A stretch of DNA of 64,000 nt from Ignavibacteriaceae bacterium (GTDB lineage: Bacteria > Bacteroidota > Ignavibacteria > Ignavibacteriales > Ignavibacteriaceae): NCBI GenBank assembly GCA_019638025.1, contig JAHBUO010000003.1:53194-117193 (forward strand). The letters are read 5' to 3'. A model generated the notes under the pieces. It was not told where the DNA came from. It saw only the letters and a program-made list of their open reading frames with translations, and searched no databases. How positions within the stretch are numbered: position 1 is the first letter of the stretch; every line of letters begins with the position of its first letter. This document shows positions 10,169 to 19,624 of the stretch, one piece after another. Both the position numbers and the translations under genes were made by a program.

Positions 10169-10465
10169 TTAACCTATTTGTTCTTTCATTCCACCATCAA
10201 CTGAAACTTTTAAGTCCTTTGAAAATTTGAATACCGGGACAAAATGTTCAGGGACGAAAACTTTTTCACCTGTTTTGGGATTGCGAGCAAATCGAGCATT
10301 CTTTTTCTTTACTTTATAAGTTCCGAATCCTCTAATCTCAATTCCTTTACCATTTTTTAAGGATTCAATTACACTATTAAAAAATCCTTCTATTACTGCT
10401 TCAGTTTCAAGTTTTGTTAAACCTGTTCCCTGAGCAACAATATCAACCAGATCCGCTTTAGTCAT
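10169..10465 (-). CDS. HU/IHF-family DNA-binding protein
   Basis: 98 aa with the canonical pattern: MTKADLVD...G(L)TK...IRGFGTY.V..K.AR.ARNPKTGE.V.VP....P.FK. Confidence 0.92.
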   Translation of the reverse strand: MTKADLVDIVAQGTGLTKLETEAVIEGFFNSVIESLKNGKGIEIRGFGTYKVKKKNARFARNPKTGEKVFVPEHFVPVFKFSKDLKVSVDGGMKEQIG

Positions 10466-10733
10466 TACTAATCCTTTAAGTATCTTAAGTTATTAAAAAT
10501 CAAGCAGTTAAAATAAATAAATCATTTTTGAAATGCAATTTTTGTCTTTGAGATTTATATTTTAAGTTTCATACAAGGTTTCTGAGATTTTTAGTGTGTG
10601 TCTCATTATGAAACTATCTCTCAATTCTATACGCAAAATATTCTGAAATATTTGAATTTTCGAGTTAATTCGAATTGGCACAGCTTTTGATTAACTTAGC
10701 CAAATTCATAACACGTAATTAAGGATAAAAAAA

Positions 10734-11216
10734 ATGGAATTAATACCAATAATCAAACTTGCGCTAGTCGTATTTGCAGGTTTTGTGGGTCTATCTATGA
10801 TTATTTCGTATTTTCTATATAAGATTAAGAATGCAAAAATGCCAAAGCGTTCTGATGTACAACCTACACCTGTTAAGCAATTTGTAACTACTTCTCACAA
10901 AGTTAAAGTTAGTGGTGTTCATACAAAGGATGCTGCTCAAAATGATCAAGCTTATTATGTACCACAACGCAAAGTTCATCAACAAGTAGTTAAGCAACAA
11001 CCTGCAATTGCCCCTCGTGAGCGATTTCAAGTTTTAAATCATCAGATAGTTGAAGAGAGACCTGCAGTACTAAATTTAGAGCAAAAAAAGGCATTCTATC
11101 AACCAAGAACAAATTATAACGTGTTTACACCTTCTCAAACTGCAAAAAGTTTATTCGATCGTTACTCATCAGGAAATGAACGACTTCATAAATTAAATTT
11201 CAACGGAAATATTTAG
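10734..11216 (+). CDS. Hypothetical single-pass membrane protein (Gln/Val-rich tail)
   Basis: ORF with an N-terminal TM helix (IIKLALVVFAGFVGLSMIISYFLY) and an A-rich leader, followed by a strong terminator. I recognised no family. Confidence 0.55.
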   Translation: MELIPIIKLALVVFAGFVGLSMIISYFLYKIKNAKMPKRSDVQPTPVKQFVTTSHKVKVSGVHTKDAAQNDQAYYVPQRKVHQQVVKQQPAIAPRERFQVLNHQIVEERPAVLNLEQKKAFYQPRTNYNVFTPSQTAKSLFDRYSSGNERLHKLNFNGNI

Positions 11217-11220
11217 AATA

Positions 11221-11251
11221 AAAAAAAACCGGAGTGAATCCGGTTTTTTTA
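11221..11251. terminator. Bidirectional rho-independent terminator between convergent genes
   Basis: A-run, then stem AACCGGA (11227-11233), loop GTGAA, stem TCCGGTT (11239-11245), then T-run. It sits between the stops at 11216 (+) and 11255 (-). Confidence 0.85.
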
Positions 11252-11254
11252 TTT

Positions 11255-13324
11255 TCAGTATGCTTTATTTCTCACCATTAGTTCGGAATCATACGGAGCT
11301 TTTTCTCCTCCTAAATACTTATGAAACCACTCAAGATGGGAATTATAATACAAAGGCATTGACTTGATGTTACTTGGCCAGTGTCCATCATTCTTAAAGA
11401 TTATTAAGCGAGAATCTATCCCCTTTTTTTGGAGTGCAGTGAAGTATTCTAAGCTTTGGTTGAATGAAACTCTAAAATCTTTCTCACCTGAGATTACTAA
11501 TGTTGGAGTGGAGAAATTTTCAACAAAATTTGACGGGGAGAATTTCTTGTATAAGTCTGAATTCCAAGGTGTCCCCTTCAAATCCCATTCAGGGAACCAT
11601 AACTCTTCTGTAGTTCCATAAAATGATTCAAGATTATATAAGCCCATCATTGAAACAAAACATTTAAATTTGTTTGGACTCTTAGCTTGAAGCCAATTCA
11701 TCATATAACCACCATAGGACCAGCCCATAGCTCCGATTCTCTCTTCATCAATAAAAGGTAATTTTGCTAATTCGTCTATAACAACCAAAACATCTTCATA
11801 AACTTTTCCACCCCAATCTCCGCTGATTGCATCAGTATATTCTTGACCATAACCTGTTGAACCATGCGGATTTGGAAAAGCCACCACATAACCATAACCG
11901 GAATACAATTGTGCATCACCTCGAAAAGCATCCATCCATTGACTTTGCGGACCGCCATGTACATTTATTACTAAAGGATATTTTTTTGATGGTTCGAAAT
12001 TGTGTGGCTTAACTAAGAATACATGTACCGGTTTATTATTACTCCCTTTAATCCACATTTGTTCAGCCGGAATAAAATTAATTTCGTTTACGAGTGCTTC
12101 ATTAAAGGTTGTTAATTTCTTTTCAACTCTACTTTCAATATCAAACGAATAAATTTCAACCGGAAGATGCATTGCTCTTTTGTTATAAAATAGTTTTTTA
12201 CCATCTCTACTTAGACTGTAACCACCATGAACTAAGTCTTCTGAAATTTTTTCAGTTGTCGATTTTTCAATATCATACTTATAAATTGGAGTGTAACCTT
12301 TTACATCGCCGCTAAAGTAAATTGACTTTGAATCATGTGACCAGATGAAATCATTAACCCAATTATCAAATGACTCAGTAATTATCTTGCTCTCACCAGT
12401 TTCTCTGTTGAGTAATGCGATTCGAAATTTATCTGCTTCAAAACCGGGAACTAATTGTTTTCGATAAGCTAAATATTTTCCATTGGGGGAATAAATCGGT
12501 GTTCCATCCCATGCTTTATTAGCTCCTGTAATATTTTTAAGAGTTTGATTTTGGATTGAGTAAGTCCAAATATCAGCATTTGTTGTCGAGGCTTGATCTT
12601 TTTCTCTATTTGAAACCAATGCAATTTCATTTCCTTCAGGTGAGATTGCAAAACCAATTCCTCCTCCTAACATAAAAATCGGTGTGTGGTATTTTCCCGG
12701 AGTTAAATCAGTATATTCATTTTTTTTAATATCAAACAGAAAAGTATGTGTATATTTTCCTTCTATATTAAAATCCCAATGACGGTATAATAACTCATCT
12801 GCTAAATATGCCTGAATTGGACCATCTGAACTTCCATCAGAATTTACTTTGTTACATTCTTGGTCAGCGCCACAATCAGGATAAACCTCGGCAGAAAATA
12901 TCAAGAATGAATAATCATCGGAAAATACCGGCGAAGAAATCCCCCCATAAAATGAAGTAATTTGTTTGGTTGTTTTTCCATTTAAATCAAATTCAAATAA
13001 TTGGGGAAATCCATCAATATTTCGCATGAAGAAAATCGTGTTGTCATCTTTTCCCCAAAAAGGTGAGTTCGCTTTCTCTTCTCCAAATTCAATTTCTGAC
13101 AAATCGCTGCCATCTACCTTCATTGTGTAAATATTTGATTTAGTTTTTCCCTCTTTCATATTTGGAGTGTTTACCGTAAAAAGTAACAAATCTCCGGAAG
13201 GGGATGATTCCGGTGATGAAATCCCTTTTACTCTATAAATATCATCAAGAGTTACTCCTCTTTTTTGAGGAAAAACAATCAATGACATCAATAGAAATAC
13301 CAATGTCAATTTGTATAATTTCAT
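11255..13324 (-). CDS. S9-family serine peptidase (prolyl oligopeptidase/dipeptidyl peptidase type) with an N-terminal beta-propeller
   Basis: Signal peptide, TolB/propeller-like N-terminal half, then the catalytic domain with GWSYGGYM (GxSxGG nucleophile elbow) and the later Asp and His (DGHWP) of the triad. Confidence 0.9.
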   Translation of the reverse strand: MKLYKLTLVFLLMSLIVFPQKRGVTLDDIYRVKGISSPESSPSGDLLLFTVNTPNMKEGKTKSNIYTMKVDGSDLSEIEFGEEKANSPFWGKDDNTIFFMRNIDGFPQLFEFDLNGKTTKQITSFYGGISSPVFSDDYSFLIFSAEVYPDCGADQECNKVNSDGSSDGPIQAYLADELLYRHWDFNIEGKYTHTFLFDIKKNEYTDLTPGKYHTPIFMLGGGIGFAISPEGNEIALVSNREKDQASTTNADIWTYSIQNQTLKNITGANKAWDGTPIYSPNGKYLAYRKQLVPGFEADKFRIALLNRETGESKIITESFDNWVNDFIWSHDSKSIYFSGDVKGYTPIYKYDIEKSTTEKISEDLVHGGYSLSRDGKKLFYNKRAMHLPVEIYSFDIESRVEKKLTTFNEALVNEINFIPAEQMWIKGSNNKPVHVFLVKPHNFEPSKKYPLVINVHGGPQSQWMDAFRGDAQLYSGYGYVVAFPNPHGSTGYGQEYTDAISGDWGGKVYEDVLVVIDELAKLPFIDEERIGAMGWSYGGYMMNWLQAKSPNKFKCFVSMMGLYNLESFYGTTEELWFPEWDLKGTPWNSDLYKKFSPSNFVENFSTPTLVISGEKDFRVSFNQSLEYFTALQKKGIDSRLIIFKNDGHWPSNIKSMPLYYNSHLEWFHKYLGGEKAPYDSELMVRNKAY

Positions 13325-13344
13325 TTTATTTTCTCTACCTTTCT

Positions 13345-15348
13345 TTACTTAATTAAAATCATCTTCTTTGTTTTAAATAAATCATTTGCCCTTAGTGTGT
13401 AGAAATAAATACCACTTGATAAACTGCTTGCATCAAACTCAATTGAATGAATTCCATCTTTTTTAACTTCATCAAAAATTGTTACAACTTCATTCCCTAA
13501 CATATCGTAAAGCTTTAAAGAGGTTTGTCCCTCTGCAGCGAGTTGAAATGAAATTGTCGTTCTTGGATTAAATGGATTTGGATAATTTTGCAGCAGTTCA
13601 AAAGTAAAAGGATGTACATCAATTTCAGCTATTTCGAAATATGTGAATTCACCTGAGAAATCAATCTGCTTTAATCGATATTCATATCTTCCGGATGTCT
13701 TTATCAAATCAACATATTCGTAAGAAGTATTATCTAGAGAGTTTCCTCTTCCTTTTATAAAAGAAATTACTTCCCAATCTTCATTCTTACCATCTTTTTT
13801 CATTCGCTGGACTTCAAATCCATTATTATTTGTCTCGGTTACAGTTTGCCAATTAATGGTTACTTTATTCCCATGATTAAACATTCTGAGATTTACCATT
13901 TCAACAGGAACTTGATAATCTGCTACCGTTGTATAATTTCCGTTAGGAGCGGTCATAGGTTTCGAAATAGTTTTCCCACTTGTTGAGCTTGCAGAAATAT
14001 AGTATTTAATTTTTGTCCCGACGGGTTGGGCGGAAATATATCCAATATATTCAGAGTTTCCATTTGATTGCATTACAACTTGATTATAAAGCTGCTCCCC
14101 ATCAATTTTCCAGAATAAATTAACTTGAGTGATGTTCAGCATTGATTTTACTTTTGCTGAAATTTCAATACCGAATTCATTTTGTACAGATGTTAAATTT
14201 GGTTTATGTGAAATGTATATTGGATTTTTTATTCCCACTTCTTTTGTGATACAATGAATTGCACCCAATGCACCAATAATACCGTTACAATTGATCCCAA
14301 CTACATTGTATCCCGGCATAGCTTCTCTATAAATTCTTAGAGCAGTTGTATCATATTGGACATCATAAGTTGGGACTATTACGGTTTTATTTACAATAAC
14401 TGAGTTTGTAAAAGTCCGATATTGCCCTCCTCCACTCGGGTAACGTCCTGTTGCATCAGGAGGCATTTGAACCCTCACAACTTTATAAGGTCGTCCAAAA
14501 CTATTCATGAAATTTGTTAAGACATAATTCAGATTTGCTTCAATTTGTGGACCATCTGAGATACCTGTTGGATATTGCCCGACCAATAAAGTTTCTTCAT
14601 CCAATAACTTCATATGCATATCGATATGGTGTATTTCATCATAAGGAAGAGTATTCATTTTTATGAAACGATTTATTCCCATAAATTTTTTAATTATTGT
14701 ATCGATTTCGGCTTCTGTCTTCGTCGAATTTTCTGTTAGTACTAGCTTCGAAGCGAATGCCGTTCCCATTCCATCAACCATAAAATTTCCACCGGTGTTA
14801 ACCAAATTGTATGGTGAAGAAGTTGTTTGATAAATCGGAGCATTATAATAATTAGCAAAATAAACTGGGACAACATCATCAGCAGGGCGAGGTCTATTAT
14901 AAACCCAATCAACAATATAGAGACTGTCCACATCATCAGCATAAACTGTCCATGGGCCATAATCTCTCACCCAAATAGAATTATATCCGGTGATTAGAAA
15001 ATTCACATTAGTAAGTGGAACTCCGCCGGAAGTTAAGTATGATTTTACAGAATTTGAATCCGAACATACGATAAAAACTTTTCCTTCCTCTTGAGCATAA
15101 TCTACTATTTGACGCAATATTGAGGTATAAGAAGTCCATGTGATAATTATTCCTTCCAACTCTTCCCACTCTGCCATTGTTCTGACATTTCTTACGGGAG
15201 GGGTTATGTAATCCACATTTATTGCAGGCGGCGTGTAAGTTTTTAATAATTCCTTTTCATGGTCAGTTAAATAATGAGGTAGATTTTGGCTATATAAGTT
15301 GGGAATAAATAGAATCAGAATAATTAGGAGTGAAAATTTTGCTTTCAT
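13345..15348 (-). CDS. Secreted agmatine deiminase / Porphyromonas-type peptidyl-arginine deiminase family protein with a T9SS C-terminal sorting domain
   Basis: Signal peptide. PAD_porph motifs are present: WVRDYGP, NRPRPADD, GGNFMVDG, HIDMHMKL, and catalytic Cys GAIHCITKE. About 300 extra C-terminal residues end in a type-A T9SS CTD (QNYPNPFNP...GIYFY...KKMILIK). Confidence 0.85.
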   Translation of the reverse strand: MKAKFSLLIILILFIPNLYSQNLPHYLTDHEKELLKTYTPPAINVDYITPPVRNVRTMAEWEELEGIIITWTSYTSILRQIVDYAQEEGKVFIVCSDSNSVKSYLTSGGVPLTNVNFLITGYNSIWVRDYGPWTVYADDVDSLYIVDWVYNRPRPADDVVPVYFANYYNAPIYQTTSSPYNLVNTGGNFMVDGMGTAFASKLVLTENSTKTEAEIDTIIKKFMGINRFIKMNTLPYDEIHHIDMHMKLLDEETLLVGQYPTGISDGPQIEANLNYVLTNFMNSFGRPYKVVRVQMPPDATGRYPSGGGQYRTFTNSVIVNKTVIVPTYDVQYDTTALRIYREAMPGYNVVGINCNGIIGALGAIHCITKEVGIKNPIYISHKPNLTSVQNEFGIEISAKVKSMLNITQVNLFWKIDGEQLYNQVVMQSNGNSEYIGYISAQPVGTKIKYYISASSTSGKTISKPMTAPNGNYTTVADYQVPVEMVNLRMFNHGNKVTINWQTVTETNNNGFEVQRMKKDGKNEDWEVISFIKGRGNSLDNTSYEYVDLIKTSGRYEYRLKQIDFSGEFTYFEIAEIDVHPFTFELLQNYPNPFNPRTTISFQLAAEGQTSLKLYDMLGNEVVTIFDEVKKDGIHSIEFDASSLSSGIYFYTLRANDLFKTKKMILIK

Positions 15349-15440
15349 TTTTGTATCAATCGAGTGTTAAATATATTTATAACTAAAATATAAAAAACTA
15401 TTCCCATCATTAGAAGAACTTTTTAATAATTGGAGGATTC

Positions 15441-15797
15441 ATGAGTCATAAAATTCAACTTAAGCCATTCGTTGTTCCAACTTCGGATGGAAAATTAATT
15501 GAAGAGCATTTTGGTTTAGCTAGTATTAATGAAGGTGATTTTAGCATCGCTCATATGGTAGCTCCCGCCGGTTGGTCTGAACCATTTCAAACTCCGGCTT
15601 TTGATGAAATAACATACATCATCAACGGTAAGAAAAGTTTTGAAGTTTATGGTAGAGTTTTTACCCTCGAAAAGAACCAATCGATAATTATTAAATCCGG
15701 AAGCAGAGTCAGATACAGCAATCCATTCAAAGAAGAATGTGAATATTTATCATTTTGTATTCCGGCATTCAGTGTAGAACGTGTAAATAGAGAATGA
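15441..15797 (+). CDS. Cupin-domain protein
   Basis: 118 aa with a small beta-barrel pattern (AHMVAPAGWSEP...E..YI..G). A GGAGG RBS lies upstream (aattggaggattcATG). Confidence 0.7.
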   Translation: MSHKIQLKPFVVPTSDGKLIEEHFGLASINEGDFSIAHMVAPAGWSEPFQTPAFDEITYIINGKKSFEVYGRVFTLEKNQSIIIKSGSRVRYSNPFKEECEYLSFCIPAFSVERVNRE

Positions 15798-15810
15798 AGT
15801 AAAATTATAC

Positions 15811-17703
15811 CTACTTCATCAATAGCATTTTATTGATAGAAGTCTTACCATTTACCGAGAGTCTATAAAAATAAATCCCGCTTGTTAGTGAATATTTTTG
15901 TGCATCGAAATCAATTTCAAATATCCCGTGACTCTGTTCCGAATTAATTAGCACTGCAACTTCTTTTCCGAGGATATCATAAACACTAAGTCTAACAAAA
16001 TTATTATCTCCATTATTTGGAATTGAGAATTTAATCTTTGTAACCGGATTAAAAGGATTCGGATAATTTTGAAATAGTTTATAATCTGTTATAACTGAAC
16101 TTAAATATTCCTCACTCTCTATATCCTTTGTTGAAGTTATAATCACATCAGGAGAGAGTTTTCTGTTTATTAATAGCATTGTGGCATCTGCAAAAATATA
16201 CTTTCCCGGAATAATATTCCTATTATCAAGTTTTAGTACAGTTTGAGTTCCTTCACTCAAAAAAACATCTCCTAAAAATGTCCATCCGTTGTTATTGTTA
16301 TCCTTTTGGTCAACTAACAAGAGAAGCGAATCTGTAGCCGAGTAAAGCGTATAATGTGCGTTTTGTGAAAAGATTGTATTCGGGACTAAGTATGAATATA
16401 CTCTATAATATGCCGTAGCGGGAATCTCAAATGTATACGTAATTGACGCATAACTTGTATCATTAGTCCAGAGTGCATTGGGATTGTATCCCGGGATTGC
16501 TATCTGCTGCCAATTTCCGGTTTTTGTTGCACCGGATTCATTTTCATTTACTATTAATCCTTTCGGTCTCCATAAATTTCCATTTCGGTAAGGAAGTAGT
16601 GCCGGAGTCGTATAATATTGGGTTTTCAATATATTTCCCAATTGTTCGCTATTTGCTTTTAATGCTTCATAAAAGAAATACGTTTCTCCTTTTACATTAT
16701 ATGCACGATTAGTATCAATAGTTTGTTGAAAAAATAAAGGGTCAATAACATATGAGCCGGCTTTTGCTAAAACTCCGGCAAAGAAAATATCTCGTTTAGA
16801 TGCTGAAGTAAATGCTAATGAATTTTTAAGTTCATTAGTGTACTGATGAATATTAGTCCGATATAGCTGCGGAATAAAATTATCTACAATGCCCGAATCA
16901 ACCCATGTACGAGAATCTTGTAAATAATTATCTAATCCCCACGGATACACTGAAGGGGCAGATGAGACAATGTAATTTTCATTTCTAACTTTAACTGAAT
17001 CTCTTAATCTACTAAAGAATTGATTTAGCTTCCCTGCTCTCCATATTTTCCAATTATAATTATAAAAATCATTTGGTGGATTATTCCCATTATGTTCAGC
17101 TTTATATAGTGCAACTGTAACCGAATCATAACCACCTTCAATCGGCATTGCCGGAAGTCTATCATCTCCTTGTATTCCATCAACTTCGTAATTGTCAAGC
17201 ACTTCAGTAATAAGTGAAGTAAGAAAATTTTGCACATCCGGATGAGTACCAGCCATCCAATCAAAACCATTTTTTACGACTAAGTTTCCTTGATTATTCA
17301 GTGCTTTCCAACTTGGATATTTTGCGAGAATATGTCCTCCATTTAAGGAGTATGAAGATGAAAAACCGAATTCAAACCAAGGAATAACTTCAATACCATT
17401 ACGATGAGCTTCAATAATCAATCTTTTTAACGGATCTCTTCCGGCAAATGTTGAAATAATCGGGGCACCAAAAAGTTCATTCATAATTTGACTTTGATAA
17501 ATCGTATAACCTTTATTCCAAACGACAGGAAAGACTACATTAACACCGATGTCGCTTAAAAAATTCATAGCATTTGCAATAGTTTTATCACTATTTAGCA
17601 CATCACTATCAACATTCGTAAGCCATACGCCTCTTAACTCAGATTTGGTTTGAGGTAAGATTATTAATTGAAAAACACAAAAAAGAATAAATAACTTTTT
17701 CAT
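15811..17703 (-). CDS. Glycoside hydrolase-like family 10 (GHL10/DUF187, YngK-type) protein with a T9SS C-terminal domain
   Basis: Signal peptide. The TIM-barrel-like N-terminal half is paralogous to the upstream gene (RGVWLTNVDS, WFEFGFS, VDGIQGDDRLPAMP). A middle domain of about 200 aa follows, then a T9SS CTD (QNYPNPFNP...GIYFYRL). Confidence 0.85.
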   Translation of the reverse strand: MKKLFILFCVFQLIILPQTKSELRGVWLTNVDSDVLNSDKTIANAMNFLSDIGVNVVFPVVWNKGYTIYQSQIMNELFGAPIISTFAGRDPLKRLIIEAHRNGIEVIPWFEFGFSSSYSLNGGHILAKYPSWKALNNQGNLVVKNGFDWMAGTHPDVQNFLTSLITEVLDNYEVDGIQGDDRLPAMPIEGGYDSVTVALYKAEHNGNNPPNDFYNYNWKIWRAGKLNQFFSRLRDSVKVRNENYIVSSAPSVYPWGLDNYLQDSRTWVDSGIVDNFIPQLYRTNIHQYTNELKNSLAFTSASKRDIFFAGVLAKAGSYVIDPLFFQQTIDTNRAYNVKGETYFFYEALKANSEQLGNILKTQYYTTPALLPYRNGNLWRPKGLIVNENESGATKTGNWQQIAIPGYNPNALWTNDTSYASITYTFEIPATAYYRVYSYLVPNTIFSQNAHYTLYSATDSLLLLVDQKDNNNNGWTFLGDVFLSEGTQTVLKLDNRNIIPGKYIFADATMLLINRKLSPDVIITSTKDIESEEYLSSVITDYKLFQNYPNPFNPVTKIKFSIPNNGDNNFVRLSVYDILGKEVAVLINSEQSHGIFEIDFDAQKYSLTSGIYFYRLSVNGKTSINKMLLMK

Positions 17704-18854
17704 TTATAATTATTAAACTCCGGAAACTTTACTTTACCTTGATTATAATTATTTTCGAGATACTGAATATGCTTTTTCAATCCTTCGTAGAAAAAGAAAA
17801 CTTCTCCATTCAGGCCATTTTCTCTATTATACTCTATCATCTCATTTAAATATTTTTCTGATGAATAATATGCACCCACTTTAATTAATACTCCCGGGTA
17901 AATTCTCCAAAGGTCTTGAGTAGGGACTTGTTCTTTTACAATATCTGTTAATGCACTTTGATATTTTGAAAGATCATATCTATAAACTTGTGGACAAACG
18001 AGTTCGACAATCCCTCTTCTCAGCCATTCAGGCCAATCTTGTAAATACTCCTCTTTACTCCACGGATAAATACTCGGTGACATTGACACAATTACATTAT
18101 TGTTGATTGCTTTCACTCTTGAATATAACTTCTCAAGAAAATTTGTAAGTATATCAGCTCTCCATTGCACCCAATCTTCATCTTTAAAATTAGTTGGTGG
18201 ATTTTTCCCCTCATGAGATTTTTTATAAAGAGAAACAGTAAAATCATCGTAACCACCTTCAGAAGGCATTGCAGGAAGTCTATCATCACCTTGAATACCG
18301 TCAACATTATAGTTTGTTACAACTTCTTCAATCAAAGAAAGCATAAAATTTTGAGCTTCCGGATGGAATGCATTCATCCAATCGAAACCGTTTTTAACAA
18401 CCAAATTTCCATCCGATTTTTTGGATGCCCATTCAGGCTTTTTCTTCAGAATGTGTCCGCCATCTAATTGATAAGAGGTCGAAAATCCAAACTCAAACCA
18501 AGCAAACACTTTTATATTTCGTTTATGAGCCTCTTCGATAACTTCTTGAAGTGGGTCTCGCCCAATAAATGCTGAATCAATCTCAACATCAAATAAGTTT
18601 TTCATTACTTTACTTGGATATAGAGTCATACCTTTATTATAAGTAACAACGAAAATTACATTGAGTCCGAGACGTTCACATAACTCAACTGCTTCAGAGA
18701 TTTTTTCGCGTGAATTTAAAACTTCGCTATCGACATTAGTTAACCATACTCCACGAACCCCTTCAGTTATTGATTCGGAATTCACTTTTTGTGAAAAACT
18801 AATAGTCAAACTAGTTAATAGAAAAACAAACAATACAATAAAATATTTTTTCAT
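17700..18854 (-). CDS. Glycoside hydrolase-like family 10 (GHL10/DUF187) protein, shorter paralog without a T9SS domain
   Basis: Signal peptide and the same conserved blocks as 15811-17703 (RGVWLTNVDSEVLNS, WFEFGFSTSY, NVDGIQGDDRLPAMPSEGGYD). ATGA stop/start overlap with the downstream paralog. Confidence 0.85.
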   Translation of the reverse strand: MKKYFIVLFVFLLTSLTISFSQKVNSESITEGVRGVWLTNVDSEVLNSREKISEAVELCERLGLNVIFVVTYNKGMTLYPSKVMKNLFDVEIDSAFIGRDPLQEVIEEAHKRNIKVFAWFEFGFSTSYQLDGGHILKKKPEWASKKSDGNLVVKNGFDWMNAFHPEAQNFMLSLIEEVVTNYNVDGIQGDDRLPAMPSEGGYDDFTVSLYKKSHEGKNPPTNFKDEDWVQWRADILTNFLEKLYSRVKAINNNVIVSMSPSIYPWSKEEYLQDWPEWLRRGIVELVCPQVYRYDLSKYQSALTDIVKEQVPTQDLWRIYPGVLIKVGAYYSSEKYLNEMIEYNRENGLNGEVFFFYEGLKKHIQYLENNYNQGKVKFPEFNNYK

Positions 18855-18870
18855 TTGAATTAGTTTATAT

Positions 18871-18893
18871 GAAAAAGGCGTATCAAGTACGCC
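18871..18893 (-). terminator. Putative rho-independent terminator after the OMP operon
   Basis: Stem GGCGTA/TACGCC (18877-18882 with 18888-18893), followed on the minus strand by TTTTT (plus-strand A-run 18872-18876). Confidence 0.55.
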
Positions 18894-18908
18894 AAATTCA
18901 GATTAATG

Positions 18909-19622
18909 TTAGAAATTTAGTTTTAATTTTATTCCCGCTCTCAATTCAGCCATCTGAAATGTACTCACATTTTCTAAATCAATTTTTAGTGCTGGCCATA
19001 GCTCGCCTATTATAATTTTATATTGAGCTCCAAGAGTAAACCACACAGGCCCGTATAATTTAATAGCCGTTTCAGCACCAATATTAAAGCCACCACTCCA
19101 CTCAGACTGCTGCTTTTCAGGAACATCTATATAATCGACTAGTAGGAGTGAATCACTAGAATTTCTGGTTACAAGTGAGTCGATAAAATCTCTTCTATTA
19201 CCGATCCATTTATAAATACCGAATCCAAAGTTCACATTTGTTTCCCAAAAGTCTGATGCAAAATAATTTACGTTTGCATTTGCACTCAATCCGATAATTT
19301 CAAGATTCATTTTTAATTTATTTAGAGGGAAACTTAGTTGTTTTTCCGACCCATCAACCGTGAACTTCCTTTTTACATTCAAGCGATCGTAATTAACTTT
19401 ATCAAAATTGAAATATTCAATCTTACCATACCAAATCCAATCTTTGCTTGTATTCTTACCAAAGACTGCTGAGTATCCTAAAGTAGGTTTAAATCTGTCT
19501 TTTAATGATCCTATTGGAGCATAATAGGAAACGTCACCTCCCGAATACCAGATGTTATTCTGAGCATTGGAAAAATTGGCTGCAATGATTAATACCAAGA
19601 GAGCTAGTAAATTTATTTTCAT
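18909..19622 (-). CDS. Small outer-membrane beta-barrel protein (hypothetical)
   Basis: Signal peptide, alternating amphipathic beta-strand pattern, and a C-terminal aromatic residue (…KLKLNF). Confidence 0.65.
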   Translation of the reverse strand: MKINLLALLVLIIAANFSNAQNNIWYSGGDVSYYAPIGSLKDRFKPTLGYSAVFGKNTSKDWIWYGKIEYFNFDKVNYDRLNVKRKFTVDGSEKQLSFPLNKLKMNLEIIGLSANANVNYFASDFWETNVNFGFGIYKWIGNRRDFIDSLVTRNSSDSLLLVDYIDVPEKQQSEWSGGFNIGAETAIKLYGPVWFTLGAQYKIIIGELWPALKIDLENVSTFQMAELRAGIKLKLNF

Positions 19623-19624
19623 AT

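Noticed and set aside
10566-10614. Nested hairpin (GTTTCATA...TGAGA-loop-TCTCA...TATGAAAC) in the 268-nt HU/10734 divergent intergenic region, as a possible sRNA or riboswitch.
   Set aside because: The stems are short and AT-rich, such structures are expected by chance in AT-rich DNA, and I found no recognisable Rfam-like consensus or flanking promoter/terminator. There is not enough evidence to call a feature.
13565-13587. The repeated ~23-nt block (also at 16046, 27781 and 30391) as a MITE or REP-type mobile repeat.
   Set aside because: All copies are in frame within the NYPNPFNP motif of T9SS C-terminal domains on the same strand. This is coding-sequence conservation, not an intergenic mobile repeat.
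13345-15348. Calling the secreted deiminase a true PPAD ortholog (protein citrullination).
   Set aside because: Only family-level motifs are visible, and substrate specificity (agmatine versus peptidyl-arginine) cannot be read from the sequence by eye. I kept it as a family assignment with a hypothesis.
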